Numbered from the stretch's first letter, positions 10,047 through 21,374 are shown. The stretch is DNA of 64,000 bases from an uncultured candidatus Porisulfidus sp. (GCA_965116025.1 OZ220480.1:896001-960000); one strand, 5' to 3'. Notes: generated by a model not told the origin, from the letters alone. Numbers and translations are program-made.

Positions 10047-13000
10047 ATGACTAAGAAGAATCAAAACCTGCTCGTTTCCGAGATTCGCGCCGCGCTCCAC
10101 GGCGCTTCGTCGTCTTCCCGCATAGGGGGGGGGGGGGGGGGGGGGGCATAGCCTCCGTTTCCTGACCGCTCTGGCCGGGCTGACGGCCGCTCTCTCGGTC
10201 GCGCTGACGCCGCATTCCGCTGAGGCGGACGAGTGCGGCGCGGTCAGCGCCGCCAAGACGGTCACCTGCGGCGCCGCGACCTACGGCGGGACTAATAACG
10301 CCGATGCCGATCCCGTCGACTACACGGGTCAGACGGGTGGCTTGACGCTGACCGTGAAGCCTTCCGGGGAGATGACGACCATCAAGTCGTTCTTGGGCAC
10401 TTCCTCAACTGATCGTCGCTCCGGGATCTATGTGACCGGCGCTAGCGCCTTGGTGGTGAAGCTGGAGGGCAAGGTGAGAATCGTGAACGAGGCCGGCGGC
10501 TGGACTTCACCCATCACGGGCACGTACACCACTCCTGGTGGCCAGCGGGTCAGCGCGACCTTCGTCGATCCTCAGTTCAAGGCGGGTCGCTGGAATCAAG
10601 GGGTTCACGTCTTGAACTCGCAAGGCCGCGACCGCACCGGCAACAGAGAGGACAAGATCGAGATCGTGGTCGGGGCCGAGACGAAAATCGGAACCGAGGA
10701 CGTTCCCGTGGGCCGGACCGGCGTGGTGGCGCATTACAGCAGCGCTTACGCCGTGGGCGACATCTCGGTCGTGAACCGAGGCGAGATCTACGGGTATTAT
10801 CGAGGAATCCATGTGGTTCACCAAGGGTTGTCCGGAGACGTCTCCGTCGAGACGGCGAAGGGCAGCGTGACCAGCAAGGGGATTCTGGTCTATCACTCCA
10901 ACCACTACGCCCTAGACAAAGGGGGCGACGTCACCATCACGAACCATGGGACGATCAAAAGCCTGAGGCAACGGCCTCTCTACGCGAACATGCTCACGGA
11001 CGGGGCGAACGGCAAGGTGGGCACGCTTTTGGATAGCGCCACCGCCTTCTCCGTGCACGGCATATACGTCGACCACAAGGACACGACCGCGCCGGGTTCC
11101 GGCGAGGATTCCAGCAGCGTGATCAAGATCACCTCGAGTGGTGACATCGCCGCTCGCCAGCATGGCATTACCATCGACACGTACGGAGACGCGGATTCGA
11201 TCGTTCCGGTGATGATCGACGTGACGGGGGGCGTCATCCAGGCCGGCGATGGGGATAACGGATACCAGGGACACGGGATCGAGGTTAGACACCGAAGACA
11301 CCTCGGTGGTTTGATCAAGGTGGATCTCGCGGGCGAGATCGCTCAGGCGGACGAGAGGCACGGGATTCACGTCTACCGGTACTCCGCCACCGACGCTCGC
11401 GACGGAGTCAATCGGGATGTCGAGGTGACATTGAAGTCCGGGGCGCGGATCGGCATGGACGGAGACGAGCCGACCGTGAGTTGGGATGGCGTGAACGTTG
11501 AGCAGCAAGCGGATGGAGGAACGGTCAGGGTGACCGTCTCCGAGGGAGCGATGATCGGGACTCGAGAGACTCCAGTTGGCGAGAACGGCGTGTTCGCTGA
11601 GAACGACAATCACGGTTCCGAGACCTACATCACGCTCGTCAACGAGGGCTTCATCCACGCGCGAAGCTCCGGGCTTGCCGCCTGGCATGTTGGGCAGGGC
11701 GACGTGGTGGTGGAGCATCTGAAGGGCGAGATCGTCGCGGGCGACGCGCCCAAGACGTTCAGCGCGAATTTCAGCGCGAGAACGGAGCTGGCGGCCCTGA
11801 AGCCTCGGACGGCTGGCCTCTTCGCTTTCCATGGAGGCGCCGAGCCCCAGGCGCTTCCCGGCAAGACGCTCAATGGCGGCGACCCCTCCACCTACACCAC
11901 CCGGATCGGGAAGATCAAGATCACGTCGAAAGCGGACATCACGTCGAAGGGCGACGGGATTCTCGCCTATGTGAGAGACTTGGACGATACGGCGTCGAGG
12001 ATTGCCAAGATGGTCATCCCGGTCATGATCGACGTGTCGGGCGGGACGACCACGGCGGACGGGCACGGGGTTTACGCGGAGACGGCCACCACCTATACGG
12101 ATACGGAAGCCCCCATGGCCGGGGAGACCATCGTCACGGTGGGGGAGATGGCGACGATCCGAGCCAAGAAGGACGGCGTTCACGTCAAGGGCATGCGGAC
12201 CTTCGCGTCCGACCACGCCCGGAAGGGGCAATACGACCAGACGGTCACCATCAATGGCAAGGTCATGGGCGGCGGTGGAGACCACGCCGGCGTTCGGATG
12301 GTGAACGGCGGGACGCTGGTGATCGGGCCGAAGGCGGAGATCGGCGCGACGTCGGGGATCGCGGTGAGCGCGGACAAGGCGCTGCATGTCACCCTGAAGG
12401 AGAACGCGCATGGGCAGATCGCGTTCATCACGGGGAAGTTCCTGAACAGTGGAGAGGACGCGCCGAACGTCTTCCAGCGCGAATCGATGGCGGGCATGAC
12501 GAAGGCGATAGCCGTGGGGGACGCGGTGAAGGCGACGTCCGGTAAGACGGGGACGCATGGGGTGTATGACGCGGTGTTCGAGCGGATGGTCACGCTGAAG
12601 TCGATCACGGGCGGGCACCAGTTCGAGGCGGGCGTGGAGAGGGAGATCAGCCGGACGTACCATGATCGGGCCCGGGTGTACGAGGCGCTGCCGTCGGTGC
12701 TGCTGGAGATGAGCGGCTCGGACGGTCGTCAGGCGCGCTTGTCGGCGACGCGTGGCGGCGGGGGCGCTTGGGCGCGGGCGCTGGCGAGCGACGGCGAGCG
12801 GGAGGCGGATATGTCCACGACGGCGATGGACACGGCCGGGCATGATTTGTCTTGGGACTTCGAGCGCTGGGGCGTGGAGACGGGCTTCGTCGTTCCCACG
12901 GACGCGCCGGGGCTTATGCTGGGGGTGAGCGCGCATTACCGTGATGGCGAGGCGGACGTCGAGCGCGGCGGGAAGATCGAGGTCTCGGGCGTGGGCGTCG

Positions 13001-13563
13001 GGGCCTCGGCGACTTGGCGGGGGGAGGATGGCTGGTACGCGGACGGGGAGTTCTCGTACACGCGGTTCGAGGACGTCGACTTGAGTTCGGAGACTCGGGG
13101 GATGGTGGCGTCCGGTCTGGACGGAGAGGGTCACGCGATCGGCGTGGAGGTCGGCAGGCGGATGGAGATGGACGGCTTCGCGCTGATCCCGCGCGGAGGA
13201 TTGACGTGGACTTGGGTGGACGTCGACGGCTTCGCCGACGTGTCGGGGATTACTGGAAGCGGTCGGGTGTCGTTTCGCTCGGAAGACAGCGTGCGGGCGC
13301 GGGTCGGAGCGCTGCTGGAGAATGGCCAGACGTACGCCTCGTTGGACGTGGAACGCGATCTCTCGGAGAGCCGGGAGGCGATGGCGTCGGGAGCACGGTT
13401 GCGCTCGGAGGCGGAGTCGACTTGGGCGCGATTGGGCGTCGGGGGCGTGATGACGCTGGACGCGCAGGGGGAGTCGACGCTCTCGGCGGACGCGCACTAC
13501 GCGGCGTCGGATGGCGACAATCACGATTACGGCGCGAGCGTCCTGCTGAAGGTTCGCTTCTGA
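10047..13563 (+). CDS. autotransporter paralog 2, frameshifted at G22 tract in signal peptide (putative phase-OFF)
   Basis: ATG 10047 (MTKKNQNLLVSEIRAALHGASSSSRI); G22 at 10125-10146; HSLRFLTALAGLTAALSVALTPHSAEA-DECG in the frame of ORF 10342-13563; same C-terminal barrel. Confidence 0.88.
10125..10146 (+). repeat. poly-G homopolymer G22
   Basis: Counted directly. Confidence 0.9.
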
Positions 13564-13572
13564 TTAGTCCAT

Positions 13573-13607
13573 GACGCGGCCTTGGCGTTTCCGGTCGGGG
13601 CCGCGTC
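13573..13607 (+). terminator. hairpin after autotransporter 2
   Basis: GACGCGGCCTTGGC...GTCGGGGCCGCGTC stem with G-U pairs; homologous to 4511-4541. Confidence 0.5.
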
Positions 13608-14117
13608 GACTGCGGGCGGTCCTCTGGTCGAGTCTCCCGCGAGCCTTTCCAAAAAACTGGTTGGCTCTCGCTAGGGAAACCGATGCTCGCCTCGCGCTGG
13701 CCGGCGACGAGATCTTTCGGAAGGTCACCGAGATGAAGTGGCAAGCGGCGCCATCGGGACTTCTCTATGACGCGCTATGCCCGGTTACGCCGTGACGGTC
13801 TCGTATTATTCTGATCTTCCGACGCGTCTCCTGATGCCGAGCGCTGCCTGAGCGGATCTCGTGGAAAAACGCCGAGGCTAGTCCTCGCCAGAATCGTTGA
13901 AAATCGCCCCAGCGCGGCGGCGTTTCGCTCGCGCCAGGGCTCTCTTCCAGAATGGCCGCGGAAGTCTCCGGCGATATGGAGTTGGCGAATCGTCCGTCGC
14001 GGGAGCGCGTCGTCGGACGTGAGCCTGCGCGCCACCTTCGCCCAAGTAAAATGGGCTGGATCCACCCATTCCCGGCATCGTCGCGTCGCCTCGGTCCGTA
14101 TGGGAACGGATTTCGCC

Positions 14118-15662
14118 ATGCCTGACCTCTACCCCGAATCCCTGTTTCTCCACGCGGAGCGTCTGCGGAGCGTCTCGATGCGGGACCTGTTCGGACGGGG
14201 TCGGGACCGCTCTTTTCTGCGCCGCGAGATTGAGGGCATCCACGTGGACGCCTCGCGCCAGAGCCTCGACTTGGAGGCTTGGTCGGATTTGCTGAAGATG
14301 GCGGGGAGGCTGGAGCCCGCTCGGTCCAGGCTGTTCTCTGGCGCGACGGTGAACGTGACCGAGAATCGCCCGGCGCTGCATCCGGCCTTGCGGGACCCGC
14401 GTCCAAAGGGACTGGTCGTGGGCGGCGTGGACATCCTCGCCGAGGCGCGGCAGGAGCGTCGGCGGCAGCGCGCGTTCGCGCGCGAGTGCGCGGGGCGCTG
14501 GGAGACGGTCGTCAACCTAGGCATCGGCGGCTCGGACCTTGGTCCGCGCATGCTGTGCGAGGCGTTTCCCCAGGCGCGGGGAGCGCCGGACATGCGTTTC
14601 GTGTCGACGATGGACCCGGAGGAGATGGCCGCCGCGCTGCGTGGCCTCGACGCGCGGCGGACGTTTTTCATCGTCGCCTCAAAGAGTTTCGCGACGGAGG
14701 AGACTTCCCGCAATTTCGAGGCGGCCCGGAGGTGGTTGGAAGGCCAAGGGGTGGAGTCCGGGGCGGTGATGGAGCGCTTCGCGGCGACCACAGCCACAGT
14801 TGATCGGGCGCGGGAGAGCGGGATCGACGAGCGGAGAATCTTTCCGTTTTGGGACGGGGTCGGTGGGCGCTACTCGGTCTGGTCGAGCGTCGGCCTGCCG
14901 GTGGCGCTGCATGCCGGATGGGAAGCGTTCGAGGAGCTGCTCGCGGGCGCTCGAGCGGTGGACGAGCATTTTCGGGAGGCGGACGCGGAATCCAACGTCC
15001 CCGTGATGCTGGCTCTGCTCATGCTGTGGAACCATACGTTCCTGGGCGCGCCAACCCGCGCGGTGCTTCCGTACAACTACCGCTTGCGGAGCTTGCCGAG
15101 GTTTCTGCAGCAGCTGCAGATGGAGAGTCTCGGCAAGCGCGCCGACGAGCGGGGCGAACTGCGGGATGTCGCGGCGCCGGTCGTGTGGGGCGGCTCCGCC
15201 AACGATGGCGCGCACGCGTTCTTCCAGTCGCTACACCAAGGGTCGCAGACGGTGCCGGTGGACGTGATCATCGCGCGCCCGAACCTAGAGGACGACCGAG
15301 AGCGGGCGCTGCTGGCGCAGTGCCTGTCACAACTGGATTTGCTGGCGTCGGGGCGGTCCGCCGAGGAGGCGGAGCCAGCCGCCGGAGTGGCGGCGGGTCA
15401 CTACGCGCATCCCGGTGACCGGCCGAGCGCGCTGTTCTTGATGGACGACCTGAGTCCGCGGCGGGTGGGGGCGCTGCTGGCCTTGTTCGAGCACGCCACC
15501 TTCGCTATCGCCACGCTCTGGGGGATCAACGCCTTCGACCAGTTCGGGGTCGAGCATGGCAAGCGCCTATCGCGCTCCTTGGAGGAAGCGTTGCGGGACC
15601 CGGAATCTCCGGCGCCCGGACGCACTCTGGATGTCCTTTTGGACCGGTTGCGAGGTCGTTGA
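14118..15662 (+). CDS. pgi: glucose-6-phosphate isomerase
   Basis: NVTENRPALH, NLGIGGSDLGP, SKSFATEET, VGGRYSVWS, QQLQMESLGK, INAFDQFGVEHGK; start uncertain. Confidence 0.95.
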   Translation: MPDLYPESLFLHAERLRSVSMRDLFGRGRDRSFLRREIEGIHVDASRQSLDLEAWSDLLKMAGRLEPARSRLFSGATVNVTENRPALHPALRDPRPKGLVVGGVDILAEARQERRRQRAFARECAGRWETVVNLGIGGSDLGPRMLCEAFPQARGAPDMRFVSTMDPEEMAAALRGLDARRTFFIVASKSFATEETSRNFEAARRWLEGQGVESGAVMERFAATTATVDRARESGIDERRIFPFWDGVGGRYSVWSSVGLPVALHAGWEAFEELLAGARAVDEHFREADAESNVPVMLALLMLWNHTFLGAPTRAVLPYNYRLRSLPRFLQQLQMESLGKRADERGELRDVAAPVVWGGSANDGAHAFFQSLHQGSQTVPVDVIIARPNLEDDRERALLAQCLSQLDLLASGRSAEEAEPAAGVAAGHYAHPGDRPSALFLMDDLSPRRVGALLALFEHATFAIATLWGINAFDQFGVEHGKRLSRSLEEALRDPESPAPGRTLDVLLDRLRGR

Positions 15663-16438
15663 TGCGCTACTTGCTGTTCAGCGATGTCGATGGCACGATG
15701 TTGGACGGAGACACGTATCGATGGGATGAGGCGTTGCCCGGGATCAAGAGAGCGCGCGCGCGCGGAACGCCGATCATTCTCAACACGAGCAAGACCGAGC
15801 AGGAAACCCGGGCGCTGGCGGAGAGTCTCGGGATCGACGCGCCGTTCGCGATCGAGAATGGCGGCGCGGTGTACGTGCCGCCGGGGACGTTCGACGACGG
15901 CGAGGAGGAGGGACTGATTCCCTTCGGCGCACCCTTCCGGGAGATTCGGGACGCGCTGGACGAGCTGTCGGATTCGTTTCGGTTTCAGGGGATTTCGGAA
16001 ATGAGCGGGAAGGAGGTCGAGGAGGCCTGCGGCTTGCCGCCGGGCGCGGTGGCGGCGGCGCGCGAGCGCCGCTTCAGCGAGCCGCTGATCTGGCGGGACG
16101 AGCTGGAGCGCCTGGACGAGTTCGCGGCGCGCTTGCGCCCGCGCGGGCTGATCCTCAAGCGCGGGGACCGCTTCATGCATGTCATGGGGGAGACGGACAA
16201 GCGCGTCGCGCTGGAGCGTCTGATGCCACGCTATCGCCGACTGCATCCAGGGGTCGCGAGCGTGGCGCTCGGCAATGGGCCGAATGATTTAGGCATGATG
16301 GCGGCGGCGGATATCGCGGTCGTGATCCGCAACCCGAACGGGCGCGACATACAATATCCTGGCGCGCTCGTCCCGGAAGGGACCGGTCCGGCGGCTTGGT
16401 CGCGCGCGGTTCGAACGTTGCTGGAGGGGCGACCATGA
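15662..16438 (+). CDS. HAD-IIB glucosyl/mannosyl-3-phosphoglycerate phosphatase (GpgP/MpgP)
   Basis: FSDVDGTML, NTSKT..E, ENGGAVY, FSEP, LGNGPNDLGM; adjacent to the synthase. Confidence 0.85.
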   Translation: MRYLLFSDVDGTMLDGDTYRWDEALPGIKRARARGTPIILNTSKTEQETRALAESLGIDAPFAIENGGAVYVPPGTFDDGEEEGLIPFGAPFREIRDALDELSDSFRFQGISEMSGKEVEEACGLPPGAVAAARERRFSEPLIWRDELERLDEFAARLRPRGLILKRGDRFMHVMGETDKRVALERLMPRYRRLHPGVASVALGNGPNDLGMMAAADIAVVIRNPNGRDIQYPGALVPEGTGPAAWSRAVRTLLEGRP

Positions 16439-17649
16439 GCGATTTCTTCCAGAATGGGCAGATCGTCACGCTGCATGATCTAGCGGGGCGCCCGACCGAG
16501 GAGTTCGAGGCGGAGTTGCTGGAGTTCTCCCGCGACCGGCCGCTGGGGCTGGTGTTGCCCTCCCTGTATTCGGAGCTGGAGGGGCCCGCGCTGGGCCGGA
16601 TCGTCGAGGAGCTGGCCCGGGTCGAATACCTGAACGAGATCGTGATCGGTCTGGATGCCGCGGACGCGGAGCAGTTCAAGAAGGCGAGAGACTTCTTCTC
16701 CCGCTTGCCGCAGCCGCATCACGTGCTCTGGAACGACGGTCCTCGATTGCGGGCGCTGGCGGACGAGCTGGAGGCTCGGAGCCTGGCGCCGACCCGGCAT
16801 GGCAAGGGTCGCAACGTCTGGTTCTGCTTCGGGTACGCGCTGGCCTGCGCCCGGGCGCAGGCCTTGGCGCTGCATGACTGCGACATTACCACGTACGACC
16901 GTCGCCTGCTGGCGCGGCTGATCTATCCGGTCGCGAACCCGAGTTTCAGCTTCGCGTTCTGCAAGGGGTACTACTCGCGCATCTCCGGGCGGGAGCTGAA
17001 GGGCCGGGTGGCGCGCTTGCTGGTGGCGCCGCTGCTGCGCGCCTTGCGCAAGGTGTTCGGGCCGCGCGACTTCGTCGAGTACATCGATAGCTTCCGATAT
17101 CCTCTGGCCGGAGAGTGCTCGCTGCGCACCTACGTTCTGAAGGACTTGTATCTGCCGGACGATTGGGGACTGGAGATCGGTTTGCTCGCTGAGGTCCGGC
17201 GCATGCATTCCAGCCGGCGCGTTTGCCAGATCGACATCGCGGACTTGTATGATCACAAGCACCAGCAGATGGGGACGGCCGCCGCGCGGAAAGGGCTGTC
17301 GAAGATGAGCGCGGACATCTGCAACGCCATCTTCCGAAAGATGGCGATCGAGGGCGAGGTGTTTTCCGAAGGAGTGTTCCGCAGCCTCAAGGCGGCGTAT
17401 CTGCGGGAGGCGCTGGATCTGATCGAGCGCTACCAGAGCGACGCGGTGACCAATGGGCTGAATTTGGACCGGCACGCGGAGGAGCAGGCGGCGGAATTGT
17501 TCGCCAGCAACCTGCTGGTCGCGGGACAGGATTTCCTGTCGCGGCCGATGGAGAGCCCGTACGTGCCGAGCTGGCGGCGGGTTCGCTCGGCGATCCCGGA
17601 CTTCTTGCGGCGCCTGAAGGTGGCCGTGGAGGAAGATAATCAGGAGTGA
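16435..17649 (+). CDS. glucosyl-3-phosphoglycerate synthase (GpgS-like glycosyltransferase)
   Basis: MSDFFQNGQIVTLH, LPSLYSELEGPAL, GKGRNVW, LHDCDI, FRYPLAGE, DWGLEIG, YDHKHQ. Confidence 0.85.
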   Translation: MSDFFQNGQIVTLHDLAGRPTEEFEAELLEFSRDRPLGLVLPSLYSELEGPALGRIVEELARVEYLNEIVIGLDAADAEQFKKARDFFSRLPQPHHVLWNDGPRLRALADELEARSLAPTRHGKGRNVWFCFGYALACARAQALALHDCDITTYDRRLLARLIYPVANPSFSFAFCKGYYSRISGRELKGRVARLLVAPLLRALRKVFGPRDFVEYIDSFRYPLAGECSLRTYVLKDLYLPDDWGLEIGLLAEVRRMHSSRRVCQIDIADLYDHKHQQMGTAAARKGLSKMSADICNAIFRKMAIEGEVFSEGVFRSLKAAYLREALDLIERYQSDAVTNGLNLDRHAEEQAAELFASNLLVAGQDFLSRPMESPYVPSWRRVRSAIPDFLRRLKVAVEEDNQE

Positions 17650-17874
17650 TCTGACCAGTGGCGGGAACGCCGCCCGTTACCGCCTGGCGCGAGAAGGAGT
17701 TTCTCCGCGCCTTGATGCCGTAACTCAGGTCGCCGTCGTCCCATATCGTTCTTGATTTCGACGACTTATCCGGGTATGTCGAGACTTCTCCGCAAGATTT
17801 GGGAACGCGCCGGTGTGAGCTTATAATGCACGCTCATCTGAACGTTGGACCTATCCCATATTAGGAGAACAACA

Positions 17875-20800
17875 ATGACCAAGAGCCCGTCCGTTTCCAA
17901 GATTCGCGCCGCGCTTCGCGGGGCTTCGTCGTCCTCCCACATAGGGGGGGGGGGGGGGGGGGGGGGGGGGATAGCCTCCGTTTCCTGACCGCTCTGGCCG
18001 GATTGACGGCCATTCTCGCGGTTCCAAACTCAGCCCTCGCGGTAGACGAGTGCGGCGCTACCAGCCCGGTCACCTGTAGCGACGCGAGTTACACGTCCAC
18101 CAGCGACTCCCCGATCAAGTATGAGAATGAGACCGGGGGTCTGACCTTGACCGTGAAGCCTTCCGGGGCGGGCACGGTCACCATCACTGCCACGAAGCTT
18201 CCCGCGACCACGAGCGAGGCGTTCCCGGGGATCCACCTGGACGGGGAAGGGACTCTGAAAGTCCTCTTGGATGGCGCCGTGAAAGTCTTGAACGGGGCGA
18301 CCCGGACGACGGTGGAGGCCACGTTTGGAGACGGGAAGGAGACGTTCATCCACCCGGATCACAAGCTGGGCTCGCGGAACGACGGGGTGTACGTGGCGTA
18401 CGACAAGGATGACGACGCGGGGACGACGGAGGGCATGGTGGAGGTGATGGTGGGGAAGGACGCCGTGATCGGGAGCGAGACGGCGCCGGCGGGTCGGCAC
18501 GGGGTTCACGCCGCCTTTCTGGACGCGGACGACGACACCAACTATCCGGCCGGGAAGATTAAGGTGACGAGCGCGGGAGAGATTCACGGTTATTACACGG
18601 GGATTTACGCGAAGCACGACGGGGCCGGGGACATCGAGATTGAGACGGCGGAGGGGAGCGTGACGTCGATGGGGATTCGGGCGATCTCGTTCAAGAACCT
18701 GGATAATCGGGTCGGGAGCGTCACCATTCGTCATCATGGCCGGATCGTGGTCAAGAGTCCGGTTCGGTACGCGGGCGCGCTGACGACGGCGAACGTGGCC
18801 ACGCCGTTGGACACGGACCTGGCGACGACCAGGAGCGACGTGAACAAAGGCGGGATCTTCGTCACGCATCGGGATAGGCGGAAAGGCGCGTCCGCGCCCG
18901 CGGAGCCCAGCAGCTCGATCCTGATCGAGTCGAGCGGCGACATCGACGTGGTCGCCAATCCGACCCACAGTGAAGACGTGAAAGGGATCTTCGTGGAGAC
19001 CTATGGGGTTGGCGGTTATTCCGTGGTTCCGGTGACGATCAACGTGACGGGAGGGACGATCACGGCGAGCGACCAAGGGAAAACCAAGAGTGGGATTGGG
19101 ATTTACATCCATTCGTTGCATCACTACGGCGGTCTCGTCAAGGTGGACCTCGCGGGCGAGATCGCCCGGACCGGAAGCAAGGGGCATGGGATACTCATTT
19201 ACCGGGGCACGTCGTTCGACAACGACAAAATCGATCCCGACGTCAATCGGAACGTCGAGGTGACGCTGAGGTCCGGGGCGCGGATCGGCATGGATGGGGA
19301 CGAGCCGACCGTGGGTCGGCATGGCGTGTACGTTCAAAACCAGATCTACGGGGGAAAGACCCTGGTGGAGGTCGAGTCTGGAGCGCGGATCGGGACCATG
19401 GGGACGCCGGTTGGCGGGAATGGCGTGACCGCCGAGGCCATAGCCAACGACAACGATATCAACGTCATGATCACCAACGAGGGTCTCATCCACGCGAAAG
19501 GCTCGGGGGTGGTCGCGTTTCATATGGGTTGGGGCGACGTGGACGTGAAGCATCTGGCGGGGAAGATCATCGCGGGCGACCTGCCCACCAACTTCGGCAC
19601 GGTCAGTCTGGATCACAAGACGAAACTGGCGGAGTTGGACTCCCGGAGCGCAGGCATCTTCGCCGTTCATGGGGGCTCGAAGCTCCAGACGCTTCCCGGC
19701 GAGACGTTCGAAGGCAACGACCCCTCCACCTACACCGCCGATATCGGAAAGATCGAGATCACGTCGAAAGCGGATATCGCGTCTAAGGGCGACGGCGTTC
19801 TCGCCTATGTCAAAGACATTGATGTTCCAGCCGATATCGTGTTCATCCCGATCATGATCGACGTTGCGGGCGGGACGATCACGGCGGACGGGCACGGGGT
19901 CTACGCGGAGACCGCCAGCCCCTACGAGGACGAGGACGCGCCGAAAGCCGGGAGGATCGAGGTCACGGTGGGGGAGATGGCGACGATCCGAGCCAAGAAG
20001 GATGGCGTTCACGTCAAGGGGATGCGGACCTTCGCGTCCGACCACGCCCGGAAGGGGCAATATGACCAGACGGTGACCATCAACGGCAAGGTGATGGGCG
20101 GCGGTGGAGACCACGCCGGCGTTCGGATGGTGAAGGGCGGGACGCTGGTGATCGGGAGCGGCGGGCCGGAGGCGCGGCTCGGGGCGGCCTCGGGCGTGGC
20201 GGTCCACGCGGACGGGGCTCTGACCATCACGATGAGCAAGACCGCCGACGGGCGCATCGGCTGGGTCGTGGGGAAGATCCAGAATGGCGACAGCGCCGAC
20301 ACGACCTTCGCGGGCGTGGAAGTGGGGAAGACGTACCTGCTTCAGGATCGGGAGGAGACGAAGGGGATTTTCGACACGACGATCGAGCGGAAGGTGACCT
20401 TGAGGGAATACGCGGACGAGGACTATCACGAGTTCGAGCTGGTCTCTCAGGAGGAGATCGTTCGGGAGTACCACGATCGGGCTCGGGTGTACGAGGCGCT
20501 GCCGTCGGTGCTGCTGGAGATGAGCGCGCCGGGCGGTCGTCAGGCGCGGTTGTCGGCGACGCGAGACGGAGGTGGCGCGTGGGCGCGAGTGCTAGCGAGC
20601 GATGGCGAGCGTGAGGCGGAGACGTCGACGACGGCGATGGACACGGCCGGGCATGATCTGTCTTGGGACTTCGAGCGCTGGGGCGTGGAGACGGGCATCG
20701 CCGTTCCCACGGACCTGCCGGGTCTGACGCTGGGGGTGAGCGCGCATTACCGTGATGGCGAGGCGGACGTCAAGCGTGGCGGGAAGATTGATGTCTCGGG

Positions 20801-21374
20801 GGTGGGCGTCGGGGCATCGGCGACCTGGCGGGGGGAGGACGGCTGGTACGCGGACGGGGAGCTCTCGTACACGCGTTTCGAGGATGTCGATTTGAGTTCG
20901 GAGGCGCGCGGGATGGTGGCGTCCGGTCTGGACGGCGAGGGTCACGCGATCGGCGTGGAGGTCGGCAGGCGCATGGAGATGGACGGCTTCGCGCTGGTTC
21001 CGCGCGGGGGACTGACGTGGACCTGGGTGGACATCGACGGCTTCGCCGACGTGTCGGGCGTTACAGGTAGCGGTCGGGTGTCGTTCCGCTCGGAGGACAG
21101 CGCGCGGGCGCGGGTTGGAATGTTGCTGGAGAATGGCCAGACGTACGCGTCATTGGACGTGGAGCGTGAGTTCTCGGAGAGCCGGGAGGTGATGGCGTCG
21201 GGAGCGCGCCTGCGCTCGGAGGCGGAGTCGACATGGGCGCGATTGGGCGTCGGGGGCGTGATGACGCTGGACGCGCGCGGGGAGTCCACGCTCTCGGGAG
21301 AGGCGCACTACGCGGCGTCGGACGGCGACAATCATGACTATGGCGCGAGCGTCCTGCTGAAGGTTCGCTTCTGA
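17875..21374 (+). CDS. autotransporter paralog 3, frameshifted at G27 tract in signal peptide (putative phase-OFF)
   Basis: TATAAT 17822-17827, AGGAG RBS, ATG 17875 (MTKSPSVSKIRAALRGASSSSHI); G27 at 17944-17970; DSLRFLTALAGLTAILAVPNSALA-VDECG in the frame of ORF 18003-21374. Confidence 0.88.
17944..17970 (+). repeat. poly-G homopolymer G27
   Basis: Counted directly; the C that follows the tract in paralogs 1 and 2 is absent or replaced by G here. Confidence 0.9.

Noticed and set aside
1071-17970. Poly-G runs as pure two-colour Illumina 'no signal' artefacts or gap filler
   Set aside because: They occur at the identical homologous position in three diverged paralogs, with continuous signal-peptide sequence on both sides. 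Their existence is credible; only the exact lengths are uncertain.
1169-18003. ORF-track starts (1169, 10342, 18003) as the true autotransporter starts
   Set aside because: They fall within or after the signal peptide and lack an RBS. The upstream ATGs have homologous leaders and -10 elements, and two have a clear RBS.
999-21374. Diversity-generating retroelement or shufflon acting on the autotransporters
   Set aside because: No reverse transcriptase or site-specific recombinase in the window, differences are not adenine-specific, and no inverted cassettes are seen.
999-21374. Three copies as an assembly duplication, or as decayed pseudogenes
   Set aside because: Copies differ extensively and have unique flanks. 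Each ~3.3-kb frame is otherwise uninterrupted, with the only lesion at the G-tract.
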